From Polyangia bacterium (lineage in GTDB: Bacteria; Myxococcota_A; Polyangia; JAAYKL01), in the NCBI GenBank assembly GCA_050287845.1, contig JBNKCR010000065.1, positions 14,759-78,758 on the forward strand: a DNA stretch of 64,000 nucleotides, in the 5' to 3' direction. Positions 46,167 through 56,536 of this stretch are shown here, in pieces. The position numbers were made by a program, and so were the translations under genes. Position 1 is the stretch's first letter; each line of letters starts with the position of its first letter. The notes below the pieces were generated by a model that was not told where the DNA came from, did not search any database, and saw nothing but the letters and a program-made list of their open reading frames with translations.

Positions 46167-48158
46167 TTATTTCAGATGTTGCGCCACACTCTGATGGTCG
46201 CAGGTTTCAGATGGCGTTCGGCCTTTGAGGAAGTACTCCCGCATCTGGTGGGGGCATTCCCTGGAGACGCGTTTGCCGGAGGTGGGGCAGACCAGAGCGG
46301 ATTCAATGCCCGCAGGCTGTTGAGGCAGGGTGAGCTTTTTACCCCGGGAGGCGATGAGCAGGGCATCCCGGGCCAGGGGGGCGGCGCCGCTCATTCCCAG
46401 GATACCGCGGGTTGGGTTGCCGTCAAAGCGTCCGGTCCACGCGGCAACAATAAATTCTCTGGTGGCAAACACGGCCACCGTGTCGGAGAATCCCCGGGCG
46501 GTTCCGGTCTTCACCACCACCGGGTAGGGTAAATCCGCCGGGGTCTCCTGACCGAACACCTTGCGTCTGGCTTCCGGGTCGCTCAGCATATCCATGGTCA
46601 GCCAGGCCACCTGCTTCTGAAACACCTGTCGCTCCCGCCGCACCGGTTGCCAGGGCGCCCGGTGGTGATGGTAAAACGCCACCTGTTCAATGCCCGTGGG
46701 CGAAATCACTTTTCCCTCCCGCACCAGAAATCCATAGCCCGCCGCCAAATCCACCAGCCGCACTTTGGTGTCCCCCAGGGCCAGCCGAAGTCCGTAGTCT
46801 TCCGCACTGCCCTGCAAATCGGACACCCCCGCCCTTCGCAGTTTTTCCATCACCCGGGAAACCCCCACCTTTTCGAGCACGTGCACCGCGGCAATATTGT
46901 ACGACCCAGCCAGGGCCTCGCGAAACCGCACCACACCATGTTCCTTTGGTGGACGCCCCGACACCTGGTAGGCCGAATCCGGGGTCATCATGTCTTCGGC
47001 CAGGGTGGCCGGCGAATCGCCCTGCTCAATGGCCGTGGCGTACACAAACGGCTTGAGGGACGACCCGGGGTAGCGCCTGCGGGTCACAATATTCACATCA
47101 CTTCCGCCCTCCTCCGCCGAAGATGTAGCCCCCACCATGGCCAGCACCTTTCCGGTCCGGGCATCGAGCACCACCACCCCCGCCTGATCCACCCCTCTGT
47201 GGCGCAGGGCCTCCACATGCTCCCGGGTGGCGTGGACCACCGCCTCCTGCATCCACCAGTCCAGGGTGGTCGTCACCACACCGCCTTCGGTGCGGATATC
47301 TTCGGGCAGAGTCTGCATCACCCAGTCCACAAAATGCGACGCTCTGAATGAAAAGGGGTGAGATTCCACAAACACCCGCTGCCGGCGCACCCGGTTGGCC
47401 GCGTCCTTCGAAAGAGTGCCCCGGGTCACCATCAGATTCAGCAGATGATCCCGCCGCGCCAGCACCCGCCTGTGATGCCGGAAAGGATCATAATACGAAG
47501 GCCCCCTTGGCAACACGCACAGGTAGGTGGCTTCCCCTGCGCTGAGGGCCGATGCCCGTTTGCCAAAGTACCGTTGGGCGGCGGCTTCAATCCCGAAGGC
47601 CCCATTGCCGAAGTACACCCGGTTGAGGTACTGCTCCAGAATAAACCGTTTGTCCACCGCCCGCTCCAGACGCAATGCCAGCACCACCTCCTGCAGCTTG
47701 TTCCACAGGGAGCGGGGCTTTCCCCGGGAGTGCACATTGCGCATCAGCTGCATGGTAATGGTCGAGGCGCCGTAGTGCACGCCCCCTTCCAGCAGGTTCA
47801 ACCCCATGGCCCGAAACACCGCACCCACATCCACCCCGGAATGGGTAAAAAAGTGCTGGTCCTCCGACGCCAGCAACGTGGCAATCACCCGGGCATCCAC
47901 CTCATCCAGTCGCACGTACCGATGCCTCGGCGAGAATTCATTGTCGCCGCTGACATTCACCTGCCGGAGCACCACCCCATTGCGATCCCGAATAATCAGA
48001 GACGAGTACTTGCCGTCCGTCAGGGTTTCCACCGGGTAGTCCACCGCAAACACCGCAATGGCAAAAGCCGCCGACAACAGAACCACCGCGAGCAGTCCAC
48101 CCACCGCAGCGCGAACCATGCGCCGCCGCCAGACCGTTCTGTTCCATCGCAACTTCAT
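46167..48158 (-). CDS. pbpC: Penicillin-binding protein 1C (transglycosylase/transpeptidase)
   Basis: EDQHF..H.GVD, GASTITMQ, YLN..YFG, GSSLKPF (SxxK), SYN, KTGT. Coupled to the A2M gene. Confidence 0.9.
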   Translation of the reverse strand: MKLRWNRTVWRRRMVRAAVGGLLAVVLLSAAFAIAVFAVDYPVETLTDGKYSSLIIRDRNGVVLRQVNVSGDNEFSPRHRYVRLDEVDARVIATLLASEDQHFFTHSGVDVGAVFRAMGLNLLEGGVHYGASTITMQLMRNVHSRGKPRSLWNKLQEVVLALRLERAVDKRFILEQYLNRVYFGNGAFGIEAAAQRYFGKRASALSAGEATYLCVLPRGPSYYDPFRHHRRVLARRDHLLNLMVTRGTLSKDAANRVRRQRVFVESHPFSFRASHFVDWVMQTLPEDIRTEGGVVTTTLDWWMQEAVVHATREHVEALRHRGVDQAGVVVLDARTGKVLAMVGATSSAEEGGSDVNIVTRRRYPGSSLKPFVYATAIEQGDSPATLAEDMMTPDSAYQVSGRPPKEHGVVRFREALAGSYNIAAVHVLEKVGVSRVMEKLRRAGVSDLQGSAEDYGLRLALGDTKVRLVDLAAGYGFLVREGKVISPTGIEQVAFYHHHRAPWQPVRRERQVFQKQVAWLTMDMLSDPEARRKVFGQETPADLPYPVVVKTGTARGFSDTVAVFATREFIVAAWTGRFDGNPTRGILGMSGAAPLARDALLIASRGKKLTLPQQPAGIESALVCPTSGKRVSRECPHQMREYFLKGRTPSETCDHQSVAQHLK

Positions 48159-51100
48159 CTGGTTACCGTCAATTCCCCGCTCGCGGACAATCCATACTGC
48201 GACGGAACATACATCTCCTCAGCCATGGCACCGGGAACCTGAAAGACGCCGGAAATGGTGGCCCGCATCAGGTACTCAATTTCTTTTCTGCCCCCGTCCA
48301 TCAAATCCGCAAAAGCATTGACCCGGTCATCCCGCAGTTCCACATAGTCCCACACATGGCTGTCCCGGGTCCGGTGCGAAAGCGAACTGTCCACCACCGC
48401 AAGGCGGGTATTCAACGCCTCAAACCCGGCGGGCAGCGGGTCGGACACCGCCACATAGTCCTTCGCCCCGCCGGCCGACACCTCCAGGCGAACCTTCACC
48501 ACCGTGCCCACCTTCACTTCCGTCACTTCGTTGCCGGTTTCCAGATTCACAAAGGTGCGCTTCACCGTGAACCCACTTTCAATGGCGCCGGGATTCCCCT
48601 TTTCGCTGGCCACTTCCCGGTTGATGATCACATTCATCGGCGCACTGCTCGCCACCTGCACCATTCCGGCTTTCAACTGACCGAACGGCACATCAAACCG
48701 CATGACCCGACTGCCATTCACCTCAACGGTCTGCCACGATTCACCATCCAGCGACACCGTCACCTTCGCCGTCCCATCCGCCCGGCTGCGGACAAAGTCC
48801 GAAATGGCAATGAGAGCGTAAGCGTTCTCCTGGGTATTGCGCCAGCGGATGCCATCTTCGCGATGGGCCTTGAGACCGGCCACCAGTTTTTCAATTACCG
48901 GCAACTTCGCGTCGTACTCGGAAAGGGCGGTAATGGCCATGGCGGTGGTCCGCACACTGCTGCTCATGTACGCCCCCCCGTTGTTCGACTCCTGAATGAA
49001 CGCCCCATCGTCCGTCTCCACCGCGGCCCCCAGCAGTTCTTCGACCAGCTGTTTCTGAACGTCGGCGCCATCCTTCGCCGCCACCATCGCCCGCAATAGC
49101 CAGATTCGGCCATACACCGGCATCATGTTCCGGTTTTCAAACAGGCGGGCATTCAACCCGTTGTCCCCTTCCCCGAAGTACGCCAGCACAAACGCCGCCT
49201 GGGCCTGCTCCGCCGCCTCCCCCGGGGTTTTCGCTTCACCGGCCGACGACAGCCAGCGCCGCAACGCCGCAACCCCCTTTGTGAGCGCCCTGCGGTTCAC
49301 CGGAATGCCGGCCTTCTCCGCTTCACTCAGACCCCACAGGGCATAGGCAGTCAAATGCGGCGATGGCGTCGAGTCCGGCCACAGACTGAACTGACCATCG
49401 TCGTGCTGATGGCGCAGAACTTTGTCCACCCCGAAATTAATGAACTGTTTGAGCTTGCCCCCTTTCAATTCATCCAACGCCATACTCGCCGCCAAATCCT
49501 TTGCCTTGAACATGGGCACCAGTTTCGACATGGTCTGCTCCAGGCAGCCGTAGGGGTACTGCACCAGGTAGCGCAGACTTTCGCCCAGCATGCCCATTCC
49601 ATAGCGGTCCACGCTGATGCTCACACCGCTGTATTCCGGCACCGTGTCCACGGGCCACAATACCGAAACGTCTCCGGTGTCGTCGGTCTTTCCCTCAAAC
49701 AGGGATTTACGGGCAACGGTGAGATTCCGCCGGATGGGCAAAGTCAACCGGAAGGCGTCGGTCACCTCGCTGGCCCCCGTATTCATTCGCGCCGACATCT
49801 TCACCACCGCCTGCCTGTCACGGCCCACTTTCACATCCACGAACACCCGTTTCGATTCCCCTTTGGCCAACCGGACCGTCTCCCCCATCCTGCCCTCTTT
49901 GGCCACATCCAGCCCCTTCAGTTTCCAGTTCACCCGCACCTTCCCGGATGCATCCGAATAATTGTGCACCACCGCCCCGATGGTCACCGTGTCATCCGAC
50001 CCGAAAAACCGGGGCAACACCGGTTGCAGAAGCAGCTTTTTATTCACCACAATCCGGCGATCTGACGCCCCGAACCGCGCGCCATCATCCGCCGCCACCG
50101 CCATTACCCGGAATGACGTCAGGTTGTCGGGCGCGGCAAATTCAAACGCCGCCTCCCCATTGGCATCGGTCACCAGATTGGGCTTCCAGAACGCGGAGGC
50201 CACAAACTTGCTGCGCACCTTCGGCCCCGCTTCCCCGCCCCCATCGGCGCCTTCCTCGGTTTCATCCACCGGACTGAGGAACCGGGCCAGCTTTAAAATG
50301 TTGGAACTGGTGTCCACCCCCAGACCAAAGGGCGCATAAATGGTATTCATGGGGTTCGGCGTCTGGTAATTGATGAGCTGCAACACCCCCTCGTCCGCCG
50401 CGGAAACCGCCACTTCGCCCACCACCGGACGACCATCGGCGGTGGTCAGCCGAATTCTGCCCTGCACCGCGTCCCCTGGCTGGTACTCCGGTCTGTCGGT
50501 GGTCACTTCCACCTTCAGAGCATGCTGTTCGGTGGACACCTCCAGATTCACCACCCCCATCGCAAAGGTGGGGCGCTCTCGGTCGCCATCGCCGGTCCGC
50601 GGTTTCACCGCCGCCACCGACACGTACACATTGGGAGCGTAGGTCTCCAGCACCGGAATCTCAATGCCTTCTCCCGCCGGTTTGCCCGCCACAATAAACG
50701 AATCCATAATCCCCCCGCGCTCCACGGTCACCAGCAGCGTGGCGCCCTCGGTATTTCCTTTGGGAATCAGCACCGCCGTCTCCCCGGGCACATATTTTTC
50801 TTTGGAGGGAATCAGCATCATGCGCGTCGCATCGTCCCCCCACCAGCTGGACGCATTCTTTCCGGTCACCCACACCCAGGTCGCGCTCTCCACCTTTTTG
50901 CCCCGGGAATCCCTGCCCCGCAGCACCACCCGATAATCCCCCGCCTTTTGAACTGCAAAATCAATCCGACTGCCCCCCGGTTCAATGGTCACATTTCTCT
51001 TCAGCACCTTGTCGGTACGGCGCTCACAGCGATTTCGGCGCGTGGGCGTGTCGCTGCATTCCCAGTGTTCCCGCTCCACCGTGAGAGTCGCCTCCGCCGC

Positions 51101-53725
51101 CACCGGCGACCCATCGGTCTGTAGCGCCACCGCATCCACCGACACCGGTTCCATCAATTCCTGAATCCACGATGTAGCCTTCATCCCCAGGTAGCGATCG
51201 GTGGCGTGGGCGCGAATGGCCACCTGTTTCGAAACGGTCTGATTGGTTTCATCTTCCACCGTCACCCGGGCCACATAATCCACCAGGGTCGCATCATCGC
51301 GCTCTCCATCCCGCACCGTAAAACTGAATTTTCCCCTGCTGTCCGTGGTGGTGCTGTTGTCCGCCACAAACTCGCAGTTCATGTCGCCGTCGTAATATTC
51401 GTCGTGGTACCAATCCCAGTACCACGAACTCTGATTGGCAAAACTGTACCCCCGGTACGCCGGAAACATCAGGGGACGCTGACAGCGGGTGACCGTCCAC
51501 GAAACGTTTGCCTCTTTCACCGGCTGCCCGAAGAGATAGTCGGCCACAAACGAATACTTGAGCGGTTGCCCCACCAGCTGTTCCGCCTTTTTAAATGTCT
51601 TTTTCACTTCAAACGAAACAGGACGGAACTCTTCCACACTGAAGCGCTCCCGGAATGTCTGCCCGGCCACCGTAATCCGCACATAGTAATCCCCAAGCCG
51701 CGCCTGACTGCTCAGCTTCAGGTCAAAATCCACGCTGCCAAAACGACTCAGCGCCGTGTTCTTCTGAAAAATCGATGCACCGTACGAATCTTCAATCTCA
51801 ATCCGGGCGCGCTCTTCAGGCACCCGGGGCAATGCGGTCAGCGACACCTCCCGCACCAGCGCCCGAAAATGCACCGTCTCCCCGGGCCTGTAAATGCCCC
51901 GGTCCGACTGAATGAACCCGCGAATTTTACGTTCCCCGCCGCTGCGGTCGGCGGTCACCGAAAAGTTCCACAGGGTGATGCCATCGTTCCAGTCACCGTC
52001 CACCAGGGCCACATCGTTCCCCTTCTCCACCACCGCAATGAACCGCTGAGCCACATAATAATCTTCGTACCTGTCATCGCCGCCGCCACTCTTCTGCTTC
52101 TTATTCAACGCACTGCTCCCCGGCAATCTCACCATGCCATCCCCATCGGTCACGCCCCGGAACAGACGTTTCCCCTCCACACTGTACACCGTCACCGCGG
52201 CGCCCCGCACCGGCTCTCCGCTCGACATCGACGTCACCCACACCATCCCCGACGCGGGCCCCGCCTTCAGCACCACCCCCAAATCCGTCACATTGGCCAG
52301 CACCCGGTAAGGGTACATCCCCCATCCATCCGAAATCTTCTGCGCCCGCACCTCATCCGCTGACAGCTGCGCCAGGTAAATGCCACCGGCATCGCCATTG
52401 CTGCACATTTCCGAAAGCACAAGCCGATGCTCTTTCCACCGGTTTTTCACCCCATCAATCTGCAGCACCTGCCGTCTGGGCTTGAGCTTCAACTTCTGCC
52501 AATCCACATCCTGTTCATTATTGTTAATCCACGAATACAAAGGCAGGTCCCCGGACCCCAGCAGCGCCGCAATCCGCCTCTGGGGAATTCGGGCGCACGC
52601 CACCTCCATGGCACTCACATTGCGCGTCCACACCTGATATCCCCCCATGGCCGACTCAATGGTCTGCACACCGGTTTCCGCACTGATGCCCGGCGGCGCA
52701 TCCAGGGTTTCAAAGCGAATGACCTTACCGCTTTTCAGCTTCTGGCCGAATCGGTCGGTGAGCCCCTTCTTAATTCTGATTTCATACCTGGACACCGCTT
52801 CCAGAAAACTGTTCCACCGGTACACCCTGCCGTCGTCCGACTGTTCAAAGTGGCTGGTGGAAAGAGGCATGCCGTTGAGTTTGATGACCACCCCTTTTTC
52901 AAACGCCGCCCGCTCCACCGGCGTGGTGAAATGAATCTGTATTCTGTCTGCTTCCGGCACCACCTTCTCTTCTGTGGGCAGCGCCTTTTTCACTTCAAAA
53001 GCCGCAAAGGTCGAAAATTCCGCCTGCCCATTTTCAAGGGCCCAGTTGCCCGCAGCCGCCGGAAGCGCCCGGCATTGCACCAGGTAGGCTTCTCCCTGCA
53101 TCAGCGGATGTTTGGGCGCCACCGCAATGCGCACATCCTTCTTCTGGTCCGGCTGCAGCATCAACGGCATCTGACTGCTGTTTTTTACCCGCAGCAAATG
53201 GCACGACTTCACCACATCCTCCGGATTCACCACATGAGAAAAAACCAGGGAAAACCGGGGATCCTTTGGCGCTGCCAGCGGGTCCATTCCCTCAATGCCT
53301 TTCAGTGAAACCGGGTCATGCACAAACGAATGAGTTCGTTCCTCCTCCGGCACCCGTTGCCGCAACGATTCCCCCAGGGTCACCTCATACCGGGTGGACG
53401 GCGCGTAATCCTCGGTGGGCGTCACCAGCAGCGTGTACCGATCCAGCCAGCGCGCCTCCACCGCCACCGGGGGCGCAAACCCCACCGGCGAATTCGAAAG
53501 CCGCTTGCCCACCTGGTCGTCGCGCACAATGGGTTTGTCAAACTTCACCTGCACCGGCTCCCGGTTGTCGAGCACCGGCAACTCCGGAGAAAACGACACC
53601 ACATGCAACTCCCCCCCCGGCCCGCTGCCCGATTTGGAACATCCGCTCCACATCACGCCAATCAGTCCCGCCATCATCAACGCCACCGCCACCCCACCCA
53701 ATAAACCACAATATTTTACTCTCAT
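48155..53725 (-). CDS. Bacterial alpha-2-macroglobulin lipoprotein (YfhM-like)
   Basis: Lipobox WSG-C; DRGIYRPGETV; VEEFRP; DEGVL; PDNLTSFR; thioester motif YPYGCLEQ; DPLPAG; RDDR; EEMY. ATG 53725 after AGGAG. Confidence 0.93.
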   Translation of the reverse strand: MRVKYCGLLGGVAVALMMAGLIGVMWSGCSKSGSGPGGELHVVSFSPELPVLDNREPVQVKFDKPIVRDDQVGKRLSNSPVGFAPPVAVEARWLDRYTLLVTPTEDYAPSTRYEVTLGESLRQRVPEEERTHSFVHDPVSLKGIEGMDPLAAPKDPRFSLVFSHVVNPEDVVKSCHLLRVKNSSQMPLMLQPDQKKDVRIAVAPKHPLMQGEAYLVQCRALPAAAGNWALENGQAEFSTFAAFEVKKALPTEEKVVPEADRIQIHFTTPVERAAFEKGVVIKLNGMPLSTSHFEQSDDGRVYRWNSFLEAVSRYEIRIKKGLTDRFGQKLKSGKVIRFETLDAPPGISAETGVQTIESAMGGYQVWTRNVSAMEVACARIPQRRIAALLGSGDLPLYSWINNNEQDVDWQKLKLKPRRQVLQIDGVKNRWKEHRLVLSEMCSNGDAGGIYLAQLSADEVRAQKISDGWGMYPYRVLANVTDLGVVLKAGPASGMVWVTSMSSGEPVRGAAVTVYSVEGKRLFRGVTDGDGMVRLPGSSALNKKQKSGGGDDRYEDYYVAQRFIAVVEKGNDVALVDGDWNDGITLWNFSVTADRSGGERKIRGFIQSDRGIYRPGETVHFRALVREVSLTALPRVPEERARIEIEDSYGASIFQKNTALSRFGSVDFDLKLSSQARLGDYYVRITVAGQTFRERFSVEEFRPVSFEVKKTFKKAEQLVGQPLKYSFVADYLFGQPVKEANVSWTVTRCQRPLMFPAYRGYSFANQSSWYWDWYHDEYYDGDMNCEFVADNSTTTDSRGKFSFTVRDGERDDATLVDYVARVTVEDETNQTVSKQVAIRAHATDRYLGMKATSWIQELMEPVSVDAVALQTDGSPVAAEATLTVEREHWECSDTPTRRNRCERRTDKVLKRNVTIEPGGSRIDFAVQKAGDYRVVLRGRDSRGKKVESATWVWVTGKNASSWWGDDATRMMLIPSKEKYVPGETAVLIPKGNTEGATLLVTVERGGIMDSFIVAGKPAGEGIEIPVLETYAPNVYVSVAAVKPRTGDGDRERPTFAMGVVNLEVSTEQHALKVEVTTDRPEYQPGDAVQGRIRLTTADGRPVVGEVAVSAADEGVLQLINYQTPNPMNTIYAPFGLGVDTSSNILKLARFLSPVDETEEGADGGGEAGPKVRSKFVASAFWKPNLVTDANGEAAFEFAAPDNLTSFRVMAVAADDGARFGASDRRIVVNKKLLLQPVLPRFFGSDDTVTIGAVVHNYSDASGKVRVNWKLKGLDVAKEGRMGETVRLAKGESKRVFVDVKVGRDRQAVVKMSARMNTGASEVTDAFRLTLPIRRNLTVARKSLFEGKTDDTGDVSVLWPVDTVPEYSGVSISVDRYGMGMLGESLRYLVQYPYGCLEQTMSKLVPMFKAKDLAASMALDELKGGKLKQFINFGVDKVLRHQHDDGQFSLWPDSTPSPHLTAYALWGLSEAEKAGIPVNRRALTKGVAALRRWLSSAGEAKTPGEAAEQAQAAFVLAYFGEGDNGLNARLFENRNMMPVYGRIWLLRAMVAAKDGADVQKQLVEELLGAAVETDDGAFIQESNNGGAYMSSSVRTTAMAITALSEYDAKLPVIEKLVAGLKAHREDGIRWRNTQENAYALIAISDFVRSRADGTAKVTVSLDGESWQTVEVNGSRVMRFDVPFGQLKAGMVQVASSAPMNVIINREVASEKGNPGAIESGFTVKRTFVNLETGNEVTEVKVGTVVKVRLEVSAGGAKDYVAVSDPLPAGFEALNTRLAVVDSSLSHRTRDSHVWDYVELRDDRVNAFADLMDGGRKEIEYLMRATISGVFQVPGAMAEEMYVPSQYGLSASGELTVTR

Positions 53726-54442
53726 GCCTTTTCTCCTGTTGCTCGGGCATTCCCTCTTTTTCAAGCCCCAAACGGCGCAAAAGATTTCAACAGCAACTCA
53801 TTTTTTTCAGATTACGTTAACGGGAAGCCCCCGGAAGAAATAAGGCGAGTCCCCCCCGGCTCCGCCGTACGCGATGCCGGATGCCACCCCCGAACATCCG
53901 TCAAAAATCACTCCCAGCAAGCCTGTCCCAACCCGTCGCAAGACAGCCCCTTTCCGGGCGCAAATCGCGCATCACCTCCCGATGGAACAAATCACCATAA
54001 TCAAAAAATATTGTAAATACATGGAATCATTCATTATTTTTCCCATATAACATCGTGTAACGAATTTTGCACGCGCATGCAGAATCTCATCTTCCAATTC
54101 ATTTTCTATACAAATGAAATGGCTACATTCCCAAAAAAGCAACTGTGGGGAAGAGGCCAATGAATCCATCGACCCGAACAGCTTATCGGTTCACCGGAAA
54201 AATGTCCACACATTCCAACTGAACATCCACGGGCAATCGCGTTCTGCAAATGTAAAGCGGGCTTTTACACCCCGCCGCCAGGGGGGATTTCGAAATGACT
54301 TTTACAACAACCTCAGTGTTCGCTGCAGCAGATAAACTACCGCCCTGCATTTTAAGAACTCGATACCCCTCACTGAAGATCTATTCCCTTTTCAGGCTTC
54401 ATGCCCGAAGTGTAAGATGCGGCCTCAGCGGACAATGGGAAA

Positions 54443-55951
54443 TTACCGGCTGCAATCCCAGCCGGTGGCGGTACGCTGGCAGATGCGTCGGGACTGACGC
54501 AGGGGCACTGGTGCTTCTGTCAGTGCAGACGGAAGCGGACGAACGGATTTCGAGGTGGTTCCGCCCGTGAAGGTGTAGGCGGTTTCACAGCTGCGCGCCG
54601 CTGTGAACGCCAGGATTTCGTCGAGTTGGTCCGGTGTCGATTCATTGTATTGCCAGCCCAGTGCCCCCGCATATCCGTTTTCGTAGTAAGCGGTGACCTC
54701 TTCGGTATACGAAGCCCGGCTCAATCCGGACGTGAAGAACTCTCCCATCACAACGGGTTTATCGTCAATGGCAAACGAGCTCACCGCATCTTCATAGGGC
54801 CACCATTCGTCAATCCAGTCGTACATATGAATCTGGTAAAAATCCACATCCAGGTTCTTCCACGCGTTCATCCACTTGCGGGCCGCGCTGCCCACGTTCA
54901 CCATGGCACTGCTGTTGGCGCGCAACACTTCTATCACCTTTGCCAGAAATGATTCCATCTCCTCATGGGTGAGGGGTTCCAGTTCCGAATTGGTGTCAAA
55001 CGACTGATCACCGTACAGGCTGTCGCCGGTCATGGCCCATTCGGGTTCGTTAATCACGTCCCAGGCAATCATCCGGTGTTTGTACGGGCTGTCTTCCACT
55101 GCCTTCGCAATCGGGGCCACGGCCTTTGTCAGCAATGCATCCAGAGATGCGCTGTCTTTCACAATGGGTTGCAACCCGGGGGTGTGCACATCGAACTCAT
55201 CCTTCGTTGGACGGAAGCCATCAAACGAAAACAGCGTCAGCATCAGATACAGACCATGCCTGTCCGCCAGCTCCAGGGCCTTCTGAATATCAGCCACCAT
55301 GGTATCCCCAATGCCGGTGGGCACATCGTTACCATCAAAAATCACCCCATCGCCCCGAAAATCGGGCAACATCCACCAGCGAATCACATTCACCCCATGG
55401 TCCGCCATATCCCCCAGCTGAGTGTCGTACTCCGAAGCGTTACCGTCAACGCCGGTCATTCCCCACTCGGGAACCCCGCCAAAGTCGGCACCAAACTGAT
55501 TCCAGGCATAATTGATGCCATACATGAATCGCTGCTGACAGGATGCCCTCACCCCGCCATCAAAGGGACAGCTGTCGCTGCAATCCCCATCGCTGTCAGA
55601 ATCGGTATCTGTATCCGTATCCGTATCCGTGTCTGTGTCGGTGTCGGTATCTGTATCTGTATCCGTATCTGTATCTGTATCCGTATCTGTATCCGTATCC
55701 GTATCCGTATCCGTATCCGTGTCTGTGTCGGTGTCTGTGTCGGTGTCGGTGTCGGTATCCGTGTCTGTATCAGAATCCGTATCTGTATCAGAATCCGTAT
55801 CTATATCCGTGTCCGTGTCTGTGTCTGTATCCGTATCTGTATCCGTATCCGTATCACCGTCCGGACTGCCTGAATTGCCGCTCTCATCAGTGCAGGCAAT
55901 CGAGAAAACCGATAAGACAATTGCAAGAATCTGTAACAACATTCGTTTCAT
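54443..55951 (-). CDS. Lipoprotein with a DT-repeat stalk and a GH5 (mannanase-like) catalytic domain
   Basis: Lipobox SIA-C; GINYAW..FGADFG; WDVINEP (acid/base); FYQIHMYDW; KPVVMGEF (nucleophile); GYAGALGW. Confidence 0.82.
   Translation of the reverse strand: MKRMLLQILAIVLSVFSIACTDESGNSGSPDGDTDTDTDTDTDTDTDTDIDTDSDTDTDSDTDTDTDTDTDTDTDTDTDTDTDTDTDTDTDTDTDTDTDTDTDTDTDTDTDTDTDTDSDSDGDCSDSCPFDGGVRASCQQRFMYGINYAWNQFGADFGGVPEWGMTGVDGNASEYDTQLGDMADHGVNVIRWWMLPDFRGDGVIFDGNDVPTGIGDTMVADIQKALELADRHGLYLMLTLFSFDGFRPTKDEFDVHTPGLQPIVKDSASLDALLTKAVAPIAKAVEDSPYKHRMIAWDVINEPEWAMTGDSLYGDQSFDTNSELEPLTHEEMESFLAKVIEVLRANSSAMVNVGSAARKWMNAWKNLDVDFYQIHMYDWIDEWWPYEDAVSSFAIDDKPVVMGEFFTSGLSRASYTEEVTAYYENGYAGALGWQYNESTPDQLDEILAFTAARSCETAYTFTGGTTSKSVRPLPSALTEAPVPLRQSRRICQRTATGWDCSR
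55589..55855 (-). repeat. Degenerate 6-bp tandem repeat encoding ~44 Asp-Thr/Ser dipeptides
   Basis: gtatcc/gtatct/gtgtcg units are visible directly in the sequence. Confidence 0.95.
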
Positions 55952-56011
55952 AATTGCTCCCTGTCAGATAGAAAGAAGTGCCGCATTACGTATTTCACAG
56001 AATACCATATA

Positions 56012-56512
56012 TCAAATCAGAAGGGCCAGAGCGTTCTTACCTGCACGGGAACGTGCAGGCAGCGGAATCTTCATTGCCTGCGGCTTCATGGGCACCCTCT
56101 GCCACCCTGTCTTCTGCTGCTTCTCATGCCCTTCGGCAATATCCACCTTGTCGTAATACGCATATCGAACCGTCACTGTAATGGTGTCTGTTTCATCCGT
56201 TGCCGCCGGTAAAAACACCGACAACCCCATAGACGCCGGAAACCGATGCCGCCGCTTCGTCTCCGGCTCCGCATTCCCCGCATCCTCCGCCTGACTCTCT
56301 TCCCCCGCAGCCAACTCACCGTCCGCGTCTTCATCGTCCGGCTCGGGGTCAACGCCCCCCTGTGGCGCCAGAAAGCCAGTCAGATACCAGCGTGACGGCG
56401 GCAGAGGAAGCACTTCCTGCCCGCCTTCCGGGGAGTCATCGGGAACAAACGGACCAATAAAGTCGGCGTGCATGGCGTTTATCAGGTGTTGACGCACTTC
56501 AGCTTCAGTCAT
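56012..56512 (-). pseudogene. drmA: 5' fragment of a DISARM helicase DrmA-like gene
   Basis: VRQHLINAMHADFIGP, PSRWYLTGFL.P, FPASMGLSV, V.YAYY and WQRVP match my recollection of the DrmA N-terminus. Ends after ~166 aa with no helicase motifs. Confidence 0.72.
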
Positions 56513-56536
56513 TGGATTGCCTTTGGTCCCTGTCTT

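Noticed and set aside
53765..54440. ~680-bp intergenic region examined for a riboswitch, ncRNA or small gene
   Set aside because: No recognisable aptamer, tRNA or convincing ORF by eye. An Rfam scan would be needed.
54965..56156. Plus-strand ORFs with (SV)n, (YP)n or (IR/IC)n repeats
   Set aside because: Alternative-frame readings of the DT hexamer repeat of the GH5 gene.
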